Shown here one piece after another: positions 10,613 through 20,076 of a stretch of DNA of 64,000 nt (positions are counted from its first letter, which is position 1; each line of letters opens with the position of its first letter). Made by a program: the position numbers and the translations under genes. Source of the DNA: Trueperaceae bacterium (GTDB taxonomy: Bacteria; Deinococcota; Deinococci; Deinococcales; Trueperaceae); the NCBI GenBank assembly GCA_965213925.1, contig OZ243927.1, positions 2,656,001 to 2,720,000 of the forward strand, in the 5' to 3' direction. Below the pieces are notes generated by a model, which was not told where the DNA came from, did no database searches, and saw nothing but the letters and a program-made list of their open reading frames with translations.

Positions 10613-11404
10613 ATGATCTGGCTCAAGCGCCTCTTTTTCGCGCTCGTCGTGCTCTACCTTATCTCACCTCTCGTGGTCATCGCTGGTGTCTCGCTTAACG
10701 CGGAGAACCGCCTGTTCTTCCCGCCACAAGGACTGTCGCTGCGGTGGTACAGCGAATTTTTTGCGGATAGCGCTTGGTATTTGCCTGCCCTACGGAGCGT
10801 AACCATCGCCGCGCTCGCCGCGCTCGTCGCCGTAAGCGCCGCGCTGCCGCTCGCTTACACTGTCTGGCGCTACGACCTCCGCTATGGGCGTTTTCTCTAC
10901 ACATTAGGGCTCGCGCCGTTTGCGCTGCCCCCCGTCATCACTGCACTGGGCGCACTCGCCTTGTGGATCGTCTTTCAATCTTACGGCAAACCTTATACCG
11001 TCGTCCTAACCCACGCCGCCTTTCTCATCACGCTGCCTTTGGCGACCATCAGTTTAGGGCTGCGCAGCTTAAACCCGCAGCTCATCGAAGCGGCGACGAC
11101 GCTGGGCGCAAGTAGCGCTACGGTCTTTCGCACGGTGATCTTTCCGGCTATTCGTCCTTACCTCTTGGCGGGGTACATCTTCGCGTTCGTGCTCAGTCTG
11201 AACGAGTACATTATCGCGTATATGACGGTGGGCTTTACGGTGGAGACGCTGCCAATCAAAATCTTCAACAGCCTGCGCTACGGCTACACACCCGTAATGG
11301 CGTCGGTCTCAGTGATCTTCTTTCTCATTGCGACGCTGCTTTTCGGACTTGTCGGGCGTTTGGGTAACTTGCCGAAACTTTTGGGGGCGGATACGGATGC
11401 GTAG
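10613..11404 (+). CDS. ABC transporter permease
   Basis: LSLRWY, EAATTLGA, SLNEY, TLPIKIF. Confidence 0.88.
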   Translation: MIWLKRLFFALVVLYLISPLVVIAGVSLNAENRLFFPPQGLSLRWYSEFFADSAWYLPALRSVTIAALAALVAVSAALPLAYTVWRYDLRYGRFLYTLGLAPFALPPVITALGALALWIVFQSYGKPYTVVLTHAAFLITLPLATISLGLRSLNPQLIEAATTLGASSATVFRTVIFPAIRPYLLAGYIFAFVLSLNEYIIAYMTVGFTVETLPIKIFNSLRYGYTPVMASVSVIFFLIATLLFGLVGRLGNLPKLLGADTDA

Positions 11405-11530
11405 CAGGTATCATCTGGTCATGAACGCTCTCACCGAAGAAAACATAGACCAGCACGCACATTATGGGATGATGCCTGCGGTAATTCGTCTGAGTATATC
11501 GTGGAGTTGCAGTGTGCGTGGCAGTACAAG

Positions 11531-12568
11531 ATGAAAGGCGCGATTTACCGCGCGTTCGGGGAACCTCTTGGGCTCGAGACCCTCCCCGACCCCGAATGCC
11601 CGGCGGACGGCGCGATTGTCGAGGTCAAGGCGAACGGCATCTGCCGCAGCGACTGGCACGCTTGGATGGGACACGACCCCATCATCACCTTGCCACACGT
11701 GCCGGGTCACGAGTTTGCGGGCGTGATTGCCGAGGTGGGCGCGGAGGTCCGCAACTGGCACGTCGGGCAACGTGTCACCGCGCCCTTTTGCTGCGCGTGC
11801 GGGCGTTGCCGTGAGTGTCTGGGCGGTTATCAGAATATCTGTGACAACCAGTATCAGCCCGGCTTTTCGGGGTGGGGCAGCTTCGCGCAGTACGTGAGGG
11901 TGCCCCACGCCGACTTGAACCTCGTCGCGCTGCCTGAAACGGTCAATTTTGTCGCGGCGGCGAGTTTAGGGTGCCGCTTCATGACGGCTTTCGGTGGCTT
12001 GGTGGATAAAGCTGAGTTGCGCCCAGGCGAAACGCTCGCCGTGCACGGCTGCGGCGGGGTGGGGCTCTCCGCCATCATGATCGCGGTGGCGCTAGGGGCG
12101 AACGTCATCGCGGTGGACATCAGTGACGCGCAGTTGGAAAGAGCCGCAGCGCTGGGCGCAGCGCACACTGTCAATGCGAAGAAGCAGAACCCCGTGCAAG
12201 CGATTCGAGACCTCGCTGACGGTGGCGCTCACGTGTCGGTGGACGCGCTAGGTAGCCGCGTCACCTGCGTGAACAGCGTCCGCAGCTTGCGCAAGCGGGG
12301 TAGGCACCTACAGATCGGGTTGATGTTGGCTGAGGACGCCGCGCCCGAGATGCCGATGGGTGAGATTATCGCCAAGGAACTTCGTATCTTGGGCTCGCTC
12401 GGGATGCAGGCGCACCGCTACCCCGCGATGCTGAACTTGATCGCGGCGGGCACCCTCAACCCCGAACGCTTGGTGGGCAAAACGCTCAGCTTGGCGGACG
12501 CGGGCGCGGAGCTTGAGAACATGGGGCGCTTTAGCCAGAGTGGGGTCAGTGTGATTAGTGCGTTTTAG
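11531..12568 (+). CDS. Zinc-dependent alcohol dehydrogenase
   Basis: GICRSD, GHEFAG, CGRCRECLGG..C, GCGGVG. Confidence 0.92.
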   Translation: MKGAIYRAFGEPLGLETLPDPECPADGAIVEVKANGICRSDWHAWMGHDPIITLPHVPGHEFAGVIAEVGAEVRNWHVGQRVTAPFCCACGRCRECLGGYQNICDNQYQPGFSGWGSFAQYVRVPHADLNLVALPETVNFVAAASLGCRFMTAFGGLVDKAELRPGETLAVHGCGGVGLSAIMIAVALGANVIAVDISDAQLERAAALGAAHTVNAKKQNPVQAIRDLADGGAHVSVDALGSRVTCVNSVRSLRKRGRHLQIGLMLAEDAAPEMPMGEIIAKELRILGSLGMQAHRYPAMLNLIAAGTLNPERLVGKTLSLADAGAELENMGRFSQSGVSVISAF

Positions 12569-12972
12569 TAGCGGCTTGAGCTTTGACGTCCAAGTCACTT
12601 GCTCGAGCCGCTCAAACCTCTTTTATCTTTTATCGGGCGTTCGCTGAGGACGAAACGTCCTTGTACAATGGCGTCTTCAACTACGTCGGTGACGTCGGCA
12701 TGGTGTGATAGCGGAGCAGCGGGGTTCATGGTTGCCCCCCGAAACTCGAGTTTAGCGTACTAGGCTAAAGGCACATGTACGAAGCGATTTCGCTTTCTAC
12801 AGCATTTGCACCTACTCTTGACCAAAATTTCTGCGCGGTGCCCAGCGAATCGCAGGGTATAAAGCGTTGTTGGATCGTCCACTTAATTTCTCGTTATTTC
12901 CGCGGTCGGTCAACCACCTCGGTGGCGCCAAAACACGAACCGAGGACTCGCGGCGAATTTTCGGGAGAACCA

Positions 12973-13004
12973 TTTTGCGTTTAACGCGCGCGTCTCTCGC
13001 AGAA
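12973..13004. repeat. 32-bp palindromic boundary site
   Basis: TTTTGCGTTTAAC GCGCGC GTCTCTCGCAGAA. Confidence 0.85.
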
Positions 13005-13114
13005 GAACGCTACACTTTCGAGCCTTTCCATTATTCCGCAGAGATCAAAGGAACCACAATCTATTGACCGTTCAGTACATATTGTCATAGAAGTTTACTG
13101 CACGAATAGGTCAT

Positions 13115-13153
13115 TCCTCCCAAATTTCTCCTCCCAAATTTCTCCTCCGAAAT
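13115..13153. repeat. 14-bp tandem repeat, about 2.8 copies
   Basis: TCCTCCCAAATTTC x2 + TCCTCCGAAAT. Confidence 0.8.
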
Positions 13154-13219
13154 CTGACGTGCGACAAGCGCTTATCTGTATTCTTACGGCTAAAGTTCTG
13201 AACGGACTCTTTCATCTCG

Positions 13220-13314
13220 TTATCGGGAAGCTCGAGCGCCACCCTCGTTTCGCGTTTGGTGTCGCTAAGAAGCGGTTCCAAATCCTTGAGTTCGGAGCCT
13301 GCCAAGACGCGCAT
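13220..13314 (-). pseudogene. Remnant of a TelA-associated substrate-binding/vWA protein gene
   Basis: MRVLAGSELKDLEPLL..KRETRVALEL recalls the N-terminus of SBP/vWA proteins encoded beside telA; no continuation. Confidence 0.45.
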
Positions 13315-13469
13315 GGTGTTTGTTTCCTATCCGCAGCTCGTTAAAAGTGATGTGAGCGCGAGAGTTAGAAAGAAGGCGTTGCACTGTATCTTCTGAAAGG
13401 ACAGGGAAAAGGGAGAGGCGGCAACGCTTTTTCTCCCTATCCCCCTTACCCTCATCTCTCTGTCAAACC

Positions 13470-14200
13470 TTAAAGCCTAAGTTCGTTATCCGCTGCGTTG
13501 TCTGGAACCTCGAGCGTCAAATCCGCTGTCGCCCCCGCCACCTGCTCATTGCGTACCCGGTCCAGATACGTCTTCGACTTGCCAATCTCCGCTTCGAGCG
13601 TGTCTACGGTTTGCTGCATCACGCCTAGAGCTGCCTGCTTGTATTCAGAAATCGCGTCCACCGCTGCGTAAACATTATTGAAAGCCTTCTGGAGTTGCTC
13701 GACATCCACGGTCGCTCCAGCCGCCTGCGTATGTACGCTCGAGGATTGCTTTCTCAAGAGCGCCGAGGTGGACGCGATGAGATTGCCTGTAGTCGCGTTA
13801 AGCGCGTCTATCTGGTCCAAGACGAGCTTCTGATTTGCCAGTCCCTGCGAGACCATGACCGCCGTGCGCAGCGCCGACACCGTCGTGGTCGAGGCGCGGT
13901 CCACACCCTTGATGAGTTCTAAGTTGTTCTTGCGGACCATGTCGAGCGCTAGATAGCCCTGAATAGAGACGGCGAGCTGCGTCTGTAAGTCCTGCACTTT
14001 CTGCCGCAAGTAAAAGAGCATCTCCTCTTCAACCACGCGGGCTTTTTCGGGCTCGGTGCGCTTGAGTTTGTCCGCACGTGCTAAGAGCGCTTCGTCCACT
14101 TTCCGCGCCAGATAGATATACGACTCCAACTTCTCCATCGCTTCCCACAAATTGACCTTCTCCTGCTCGATAGTCGCGTTGTCCTTGCGCAGCTCGTCTT
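13470..14200 (-). CDS. Toxic anion resistance protein (TelA family), 5'-truncated
   Basis: DELRKDNATIEQEK...RQKVQDLQTQLAVSIQGYLALDMVRKNNLELIKGVDRASTTTVSALRTAV; the N-terminus is lost at the junction. Confidence 0.85.
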
Positions 14201-15941
14201 GCTGCCGGTTAAAAGGGTGTATCGCCTACTCTACCGGCCTGACCTCTACCTGCGCGCCTACGCCAAGCTCTACAAGAACGAAGGCGCACTGACACCAGGT
14301 GCCTCGGACGAAACCGTGGACGGGATGTCCCTAGCGAAAATTGATACCATCATCGAGGCGCTACGCCAAGAGCGGTATCGGTGGACGCCGGTACGACGCC
14401 GTTACATTCCCAAAAAGAATGGCAAGATGCGGCCTCTAGGGATGCCTTCCTGGTCGGACAAACTTCTTCAAGAAGTTATCCGCTCCATCCTGGAAGCCTA
14501 TTATGAACCGCGGTTCAGCGACCGTTCTCACGGCTTTCGACCGAAACGGGGATGCCACACAGCTTTGCGCAAAGTCACCCAAGAGGGTCGAGGTACAAAG
14601 TGGTTTATCGAGGGAGATATCTGCTCGTGTTTCGACAAGATTAACTTCGATGTCTTGTTGAACATCTTGCAGAAGAGCTTCCACGACAACCGCTTCCTGC
14701 GGCTTATCAAGGGGCTGCTCGAAGCTGGCTACCTGGAGAACTGGACCTTTCACCAGACCTACAGCGGTGTGCCGCAAGGGTCGATTGTCGGTCCAATCCT
14801 CACCAACCTGGTTCTGGACAGGCTGGACAAGTTTGTCGAGCACGAACTGATACCAGCTTACACACGCGGCGAACGCCGCAAGACCTACCCCCCGTATGTC
14901 GCCATCGCCAAAGCCGCTCACGACGCTCGGAAAGCAGGGAACTGGGAGACCGCGCGGCAACTGAGCCAGCAGGCCCAGACAATGCCGTCGCGCGACCCCG
15001 ATGACCCGAACTTCCGGCGATTGTGGTACCAAAGGTATGCCGATGACTTTCTGCTGGGGCTGAAAGGGCCAAAAGACGAGGCCGTGGCTATCAAGCAAGA
15101 GATTGCCGCCTTCTTACGCGACGAACTCAAGCTTGAGCTTAGCGAGGATAAGACCCTGCTGACCCACGCGCGCACGCAGAAAGCGCGTTTCCTGGGCTAT
15201 GAGGTCCACATTCTTCACGCTGACGATAAACACGACCACCGGGGACAACGCTGCATCAACGGCAGCGTCGGACTCCGGGTACCGTCGCACGTCATGAAAG
15301 CGCACTGCGCCAAGTACATGCGACGCGGCAAGCCCATTCACCTCCCACAAAGGCTCAGCAGCGATGCTTACAGCATCGTCAGCCAATATCAAGCGGAATA
15401 CCGCGGGGTCGTGCAGTATTACCGCATGGCCTACAACCTCCACACGCTGGGCCGACTCAAGCGCGTCACAGAACTCTCGCTAGTGAAAACGCTGGCGAAT
15501 AAGTTCAGGACGAGTTGCCAGAAAATCTATCGGCGCTACCGCACCACCATCGACCTCAAGGAGGGCAGCTATAAAGTCCTTCAAGTCAAAGTGGACCGTG
15601 GTCCTAAAAAGAAGCCACTCATCACCCACTTTGGCGGCATCCCGTTACGGTGGAACAAATGGGTAGCCTTGGACGACAACCAGAACAGTAAGATTTGGAA
15701 CGGGCGTAATGAAGTGGTGGACCGCCTTTTAGCGCAAAGCTGTGAGCTTTGTGGGTCGGTGGAGCACGTCGAAGTGCATCACGTCCGAAAACTGGCAGAC
15801 CTTGAACAAAGAGGGCGTAAGTCACGGCCCGAATGGATGCAAAGGATGTCGGCTCGCCGACGCAAGACGCTGGTGGTCTGCCTCACCTGCCACCAAGACA
15901 TCCATAAAGGGCACTACCACGGGAAAGGACTTTCATGTTGA
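14199..15941 (+). CDS. Group II intron reverse transcriptase/maturase with C-terminal HNH endonuclease (N-terminus clipped)
   Basis: TPG..ETVDG, RPLGMP, SHGFRP, EGDI..CFD, GVPQGS, RYADDF, maturase X domain, CELCG..HHVRKL..CLTCHQDIH. Confidence 0.95.
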   Translation: MLPVKRVYRLLYRPDLYLRAYAKLYKNEGALTPGASDETVDGMSLAKIDTIIEALRQERYRWTPVRRRYIPKKNGKMRPLGMPSWSDKLLQEVIRSILEAYYEPRFSDRSHGFRPKRGCHTALRKVTQEGRGTKWFIEGDICSCFDKINFDVLLNILQKSFHDNRFLRLIKGLLEAGYLENWTFHQTYSGVPQGSIVGPILTNLVLDRLDKFVEHELIPAYTRGERRKTYPPYVAIAKAAHDARKAGNWETARQLSQQAQTMPSRDPDDPNFRRLWYQRYADDFLLGLKGPKDEAVAIKQEIAAFLRDELKLELSEDKTLLTHARTQKARFLGYEVHILHADDKHDHRGQRCINGSVGLRVPSHVMKAHCAKYMRRGKPIHLPQRLSSDAYSIVSQYQAEYRGVVQYYRMAYNLHTLGRLKRVTELSLVKTLANKFRTSCQKIYRRYRTTIDLKEGSYKVLQVKVDRGPKKKPLITHFGGIPLRWNKWVALDDNQNSKIWNGRNEVVDRLLAQSCELCGSVEHVEVHHVRKLADLEQRGRKSRPEWMQRMSARRRKTLVVCLTCHQDIHKGHYHGKGLSC

Positions 15942-16048
15942 GATTACTGGAGAGCCCCGTGACACGGAAAGCGGTCATGCGGGGTTCGGAGGGGGGATGT
16001 TGGAAAAGCGCTATCTTTGATAGGCAGCTCGCTGGCATCCTACCCTAC
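14201..16048 (+). mobile_element. Group II intron (inner), 5' domains missing
   Basis: RT ORF followed by DV (GAGCCCCGTGACACGGAAAGCGGTCATGCGGGGTTC) and DVI ending CCTACCCTAC. Confidence 0.9.
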
Positions 16049-16103
16049 CGCACGCACGGCTCTTAGGGGGGAGGAAGGCAGCGATGTCTTCTTCCTACCC
16101 GAC
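16049..16103 (+). mobile_element. 3' end of a second (outer) group II intron: 3' half of DV plus DVI
   Basis: CGCACGCACGGCTCTTAGGGGGG then hairpin GAGGAAGGCA-GCGA-TGTCTTCTTC and CTACCCGAC terminus. Confidence 0.8.
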
Positions 16104-16114
16104 CTGTTGCACAG
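16104..16114. repeat. Partial right arm of a boundary site, interrupted by the intron
   Basis: CTGTTGCACAG = positions 3-13 of the right-arm pattern; first 8 nt are the reverse complement of TGCAACAG in the 18061 site. Confidence 0.6.
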
Positions 16115-16176
16115 CGGCACATCGCTGAGCAACATATTTTATAGTGATTCGGATTACGTTCTCCTATACTCAGGTT

Positions 16177-17985
16177 ATGCCTCGCCTCATCGTCATCTCA
16201 TTTTTACTTTGTAGCTTTCTCGTGGGTTGCTCGAGCACCACGCCACTTTCACCACCAGGTGAAACGCCCCCTGTGACTGAGCCTAACCCAACTACCCCTA
16301 CCGAACCGACTTCACCTGAAACGCCCGCGCCCGAACCAACACCCACCACCCTTACGCCTGAAGAAGCTGACCGCATCGCCCTGACGCTCTGGCGCAACGA
16401 TGACCTCGGCAAACATCCCAAGGGCTCCTGCTCAGGCTGTCACGGCGCGGACTACTTTGATCTCGCCCGCATTGGCTCGGCGGATGAGGATATCGCTCGG
16501 CGAGCGGTGATCGACGGAGCGAGTCAACGAGAGGCGGACGCGCTTGTGCAAGCAGTCGGGCAGATGCGCCAAACGTACGGGCTAGTCGCAGACGACGCCC
16601 GCGCCTTTCGCCCCTTTCAACCGGGCGGCGAGGTGCTGCTGCCTAATCTTGACGACGCTGAGCACATCGTTTCGGTGGAGCGAGATATCGCTTTTGGTCA
16701 CCAGCTAGAAGCTCTCTTGCCAACCCTCTTCGGCGAACGTATCGCCTCACTAGCGGACGCAGAACGGGCGCGTGACGAACTCTTGGACCTCGCCCAAGGA
16801 GCTAACCAGGCGGGCGCGAACTCCCAGCGTATTCAACTTAGGGAGTTGCCTACCGGCATCACCTACCCACGCTGGTCAGCCGATCTGCACCACGGCGCAG
16901 ACGAGGGCACGCTCAACGATTGGCTTGCCGATGTCGCGCACGACGCCAAGCCGGAGCACCGCGAGGCGTGGTTGGGGCTGCAAGACGCCTACCTTGCAAC
17001 CCCTAGCGACGAGAACTTCTGGCGCATGTATCTCGCCGCTGAGGAGATGACCGCGACGCCCCTTTTCGGTGAGTGCACCATGACGGGGGGAAGGGCGCAT
17101 ATAGCCTGTGCGGACGTTAAGCGCTTTGCTCGAGAGAAATTCTTGAGCGCGTTGACGGGTCAGCACATGATGCGCTTAGAGGCGTCCGGGCGTGAGGGTT
17201 TTGCGGAGGGCGCACTAGCCTTTTCATACCTCGACACCGACCCCCGCTTCGACTTCATGAAGGAGCGTAAGAGCCGCACGCTTTTGCCCGCCAACCTCTG
17301 GGAAGTGGGCGACAAGGGGCGGAGCACCTTAGAAAATTCTCAGGCTGAGGGCAGTTTTCGCGAGAACTTAGCGAAGCTCGGCTATCCTGAGTTTGTGCAA
17401 GGCAGCATCGACCCCACACGCAGCGCGAGCCAGGAACAACATGAGTTACGCCTCGCCTGGTTCTGGTTAGGCTTCACCTTCGACCCCTCCTTTGCCCGTA
17501 TTCACAGCTCCAACGCCACCAAAGTGGGTGAGTATATGGTGGGAACGCTCCTCGATGAGCGGATGTTCATTCACAATACCTTTCACACCAACATGCGGCT
17601 GGTGACTAAGGGGTTTTTACCAGAAGCGAACAGAGAACAGGCAGGGCGCGAGCGCACTCTGGAACAGCTGCCCACCGTTTTTCGCATGAACTACGGTTAC
17701 TTTTGGGCTTACGGGCGCACGGTGCTCAATTGGCGGGAGAACAAAAAGCTTAACTTCGTTTACCCCGAAGACCTCAAAGCGGAGCAAGCCGACCTCTGGC
17801 ACCGCTTTACGGCGAACGGCTTTCGGATGAGCATGTTTCTTTACTTGGCGGCATTAGAAGAGGGCGCACCTAAAGACAGCGTTGCTTTTGACGCCCTAAC
17901 GACGCACTTTGAGACCTACGAACCTGAGCATCAAGAAGCAGACAATGCGCTGATGGCGCAGCTTAGGCGTAAGCTGGAGGAGTAG
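16177..17985 (+). CDS. Hypothetical lipoprotein with Pro/Thr linker and one CxxCH motif
   Basis: Lipobox LVGC, PT-rich tether, CSGCH; TATACT-N6-ATG leaderless start. Confidence 0.75.
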   Translation: MPRLIVISFLLCSFLVGCSSTTPLSPPGETPPVTEPNPTTPTEPTSPETPAPEPTPTTLTPEEADRIALTLWRNDDLGKHPKGSCSGCHGADYFDLARIGSADEDIARRAVIDGASQREADALVQAVGQMRQTYGLVADDARAFRPFQPGGEVLLPNLDDAEHIVSVERDIAFGHQLEALLPTLFGERIASLADAERARDELLDLAQGANQAGANSQRIQLRELPTGITYPRWSADLHHGADEGTLNDWLADVAHDAKPEHREAWLGLQDAYLATPSDENFWRMYLAAEEMTATPLFGECTMTGGRAHIACADVKRFAREKFLSALTGQHMMRLEASGREGFAEGALAFSYLDTDPRFDFMKERKSRTLLPANLWEVGDKGRSTLENSQAEGSFRENLAKLGYPEFVQGSIDPTRSASQEQHELRLAWFWLGFTFDPSFARIHSSNATKVGEYMVGTLLDERMFIHNTFHTNMRLVTKGFLPEANREQAGRERTLEQLPTVFRMNYGYFWAYGRTVLNWRENKKLNFVYPEDLKAEQADLWHRFTANGFRMSMFLYLAALEEGAPKDSVAFDALTTHFETYEPEHQEADNALMAQLRRKLEE

Positions 17986-18060
17986 CAAGCTGTCGTCGCC
18001 TTGCTCAGCGCTTTTAGCCTGACCTTTATACAACAAACTAGGTCGAAACTTGCGTAAGCG

Positions 18061-18092
18061 CAATGCAACAGACGCGCGCGTTCGTCGCAGAA
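18061..18092. repeat. 32-bp palindromic boundary site
   Basis: CAATGCAACAGAC GCGCGC GTTCGTCGCAGAA. Confidence 0.85.
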
Positions 18093-18227
18093 GCGCTGAA
18101 TCTGCTTCCACTTGTCTGTCAGCGTGTCTACAGTGTTCCCTTACGCCCCTCTGACATAGGCTTGCTAGGGTCACTTCAGCTACCGGTAGCTAGACTGACA
18201 CTCAATGACGCAGTGAGGAGAGGGTTT

Positions 18228-19859
18228 ATGCTACCTATAAAAGAGTTGTTATTCGCCAGCTTATTAGCGCTTACGGTTGGACAGGCACAAGAGACCGGAG
18301 GCGCTGAAACGGGCGGTGCCCAGGCATCAGGGCAGAGCGTTTCGGGCGTCGTCTACAACGATCTAAACGAGAACCGGCAGCGCGACGAAGGCGAAGCGGG
18401 GGTCGCAGGCGTGTCAGTCTCGAACGGGCTCGAGGTGGTGCAAACAGACGATAGCGGTCGCTATGAACTGTCCGCTCGTGACGAGATGATCATGTTCGTC
18501 ACCAAACCCGCTGGCTACATGGTCCCGGTGAACGAGGTGATGCTGCCGCAGTTCTACTACATCCACCAGCCTAACGGCACGCCCGAAGACTTAGACCTCG
18601 ACTTTGACGGCATCGAGCCGACAGGTCCGCTGCCTGACTCGGTAGACTTTCCGCTGCAAGCGTCCGAGCTGGATGAGTCGTTTGAGGCACTCGCCTTCGC
18701 CGACCCACAGCCCCGCGACGACACCGAACTCGACTACATCCGTGACGACGTAATTACGGAAATCGTTGGTACGGACGCCGCTTTCGGCATCACCGTCGGC
18801 GACATCATGTACGACGACCTGTCCCTGTTCGAGCGCTATAACGAAGTCGTTGCAGCGATCGGTATCCCCTTCTGGAACGTGCCGGGCAACCACGACCTGA
18901 ACTTCCAGTCCCCGGACGACGCTTACTCGCTCGAGACTTACAAGCGCATCTATGGACCCGCCTACTACTCGTTTGACTATGGGCAGGTGCACGTCGTGGT
19001 GATGGACAACGTCGAGTACTTCGGGGTGGAGGACGGCGAGTCGAGCGGCTACCGCGGCTACATCGGCGGAGCGCAGCTCTCTTGGCTCGAGAACGACCTG
19101 CGCTTCGTCCCGGAGGACAAGCTCATCGTCTTAGCCATGCACATCCCCCTGATCGACCAAGGGCGCGAAGACAGCGCCGGCGTCAACACCGCCGACCGCG
19201 AGGCGCTCTTCGAGGTCTTGGCGGGGCGCGAGCGGGTGCTCTCCATCTCGGGCCACGTCCACGCCAAGACCGAGCACAGTTACTTCGGCGAAGCAGACGG
19301 CTTTCAAGCGCCCAACCCGCTGCATCACATCACCCTGACGACCCTCTCGGGCGTCTGGTGGGGCGGGCCTGAGGACGAGCGCGGCATCCCCATCACCACC
19401 ACTCGTGACGGGCTGCCGAACGGTCATCACGTCCTCTCCTTTGAGGGCAACGCCTACCGCGAGCGGCTCAAGGGGGCGGGCGAAGCCGCCGACTATCAGA
19501 TGAACATCAGCGTCGCCCAGGCGCAGCAGGACGGCAACACCCTCGACCCCGCGCAGTGGTCCGGACCGCAAGTCGTCGCCAACGTCTTTAACGGCAGCGA
19601 GCTTTCCAGCGTCCGCTATCAGATCGACGGGAGCAAGATGCGGACGATGGAGCGCACCCTGCGCGGCGACCCCTACGTCAGCGAGCTGCAGGAGCGTTTC
19701 CCCGAGGAGATGCCCGGTCCTATCGACTCGTCGCACATCTGGACCGCACCCCTGCCGGACGACCTAGCGCCCGGCGTGCACCGGGTCCGCGTAGAAACGA
19801 CCGACCAGTACGCTCAGACCTTCCGGGCGACGCGCGTCTTCGAGGTCGCCGGGGAGTAG
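18228..19859 (+). CDS. Secreted calcineurin-like metallophosphoesterase
   Basis: Signal peptide, SdrD-like N-domain (SGVVYNDLNEN), ADPQ, GDIMYD, PGNHD, HIP, SGHVH. Confidence 0.88.
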   Translation: MLPIKELLFASLLALTVGQAQETGGAETGGAQASGQSVSGVVYNDLNENRQRDEGEAGVAGVSVSNGLEVVQTDDSGRYELSARDEMIMFVTKPAGYMVPVNEVMLPQFYYIHQPNGTPEDLDLDFDGIEPTGPLPDSVDFPLQASELDESFEALAFADPQPRDDTELDYIRDDVITEIVGTDAAFGITVGDIMYDDLSLFERYNEVVAAIGIPFWNVPGNHDLNFQSPDDAYSLETYKRIYGPAYYSFDYGQVHVVVMDNVEYFGVEDGESSGYRGYIGGAQLSWLENDLRFVPEDKLIVLAMHIPLIDQGREDSAGVNTADREALFEVLAGRERVLSISGHVHAKTEHSYFGEADGFQAPNPLHHITLTTLSGVWWGGPEDERGIPITTTRDGLPNGHHVLSFEGNAYRERLKGAGEAADYQMNISVAQAQQDGNTLDPAQWSGPQVVANVFNGSELSSVRYQIDGSKMRTMERTLRGDPYVSELQERFPEEMPGPIDSSHIWTAPLPDDLAPGVHRVRVETTDQYAQTFRATRVFEVAGE

Positions 19860-19891
19860 GGACAAACAGAGGCGTTCTGTCTGAATCAGGT

Positions 19892-19926
19892 GAACAGGAG
19901 CGGTCTACTATGAACCGCTCCTGTTC
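19892..19926 (+). terminator. 13-bp stem hairpin after the phosphoesterase gene
   Basis: GAACAGGAGCGGT-9 nt-ACCGCTCCTGTTC. Confidence 0.55.
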
Positions 19927-19976
19927 GCTCGGACTGAACATTTGTATAGAGGGGCACAGGAACGGAACCTATCTTT

Positions 19977-20008
19977 TTCTGCAACGAACGCGCGCGTTCG
20001 CCGCAGAA
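19977..20008. repeat. 32-bp palindromic boundary site
   Basis: TTCTGCAACGAAC GCGCGC GTTCGCCGCAGAA. Confidence 0.9.
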
Positions 20009-20076
20009 GCTAACTGGGCTTTCCTACTACAAAACCCAGCTTATCTCTCGACTAACGCGATGACTTTCGGTGGCGA

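Noticed and set aside
14199..15941. RT as a retron, DGR or defence RT
   Set aside because: Maturase and HNH domains plus downstream DV/DVI identify a group II intron.
16246..16360. Repetitive DNA in the lipoprotein 5' region
   Set aside because: Explained by the Pro/Thr linker coding sequence.
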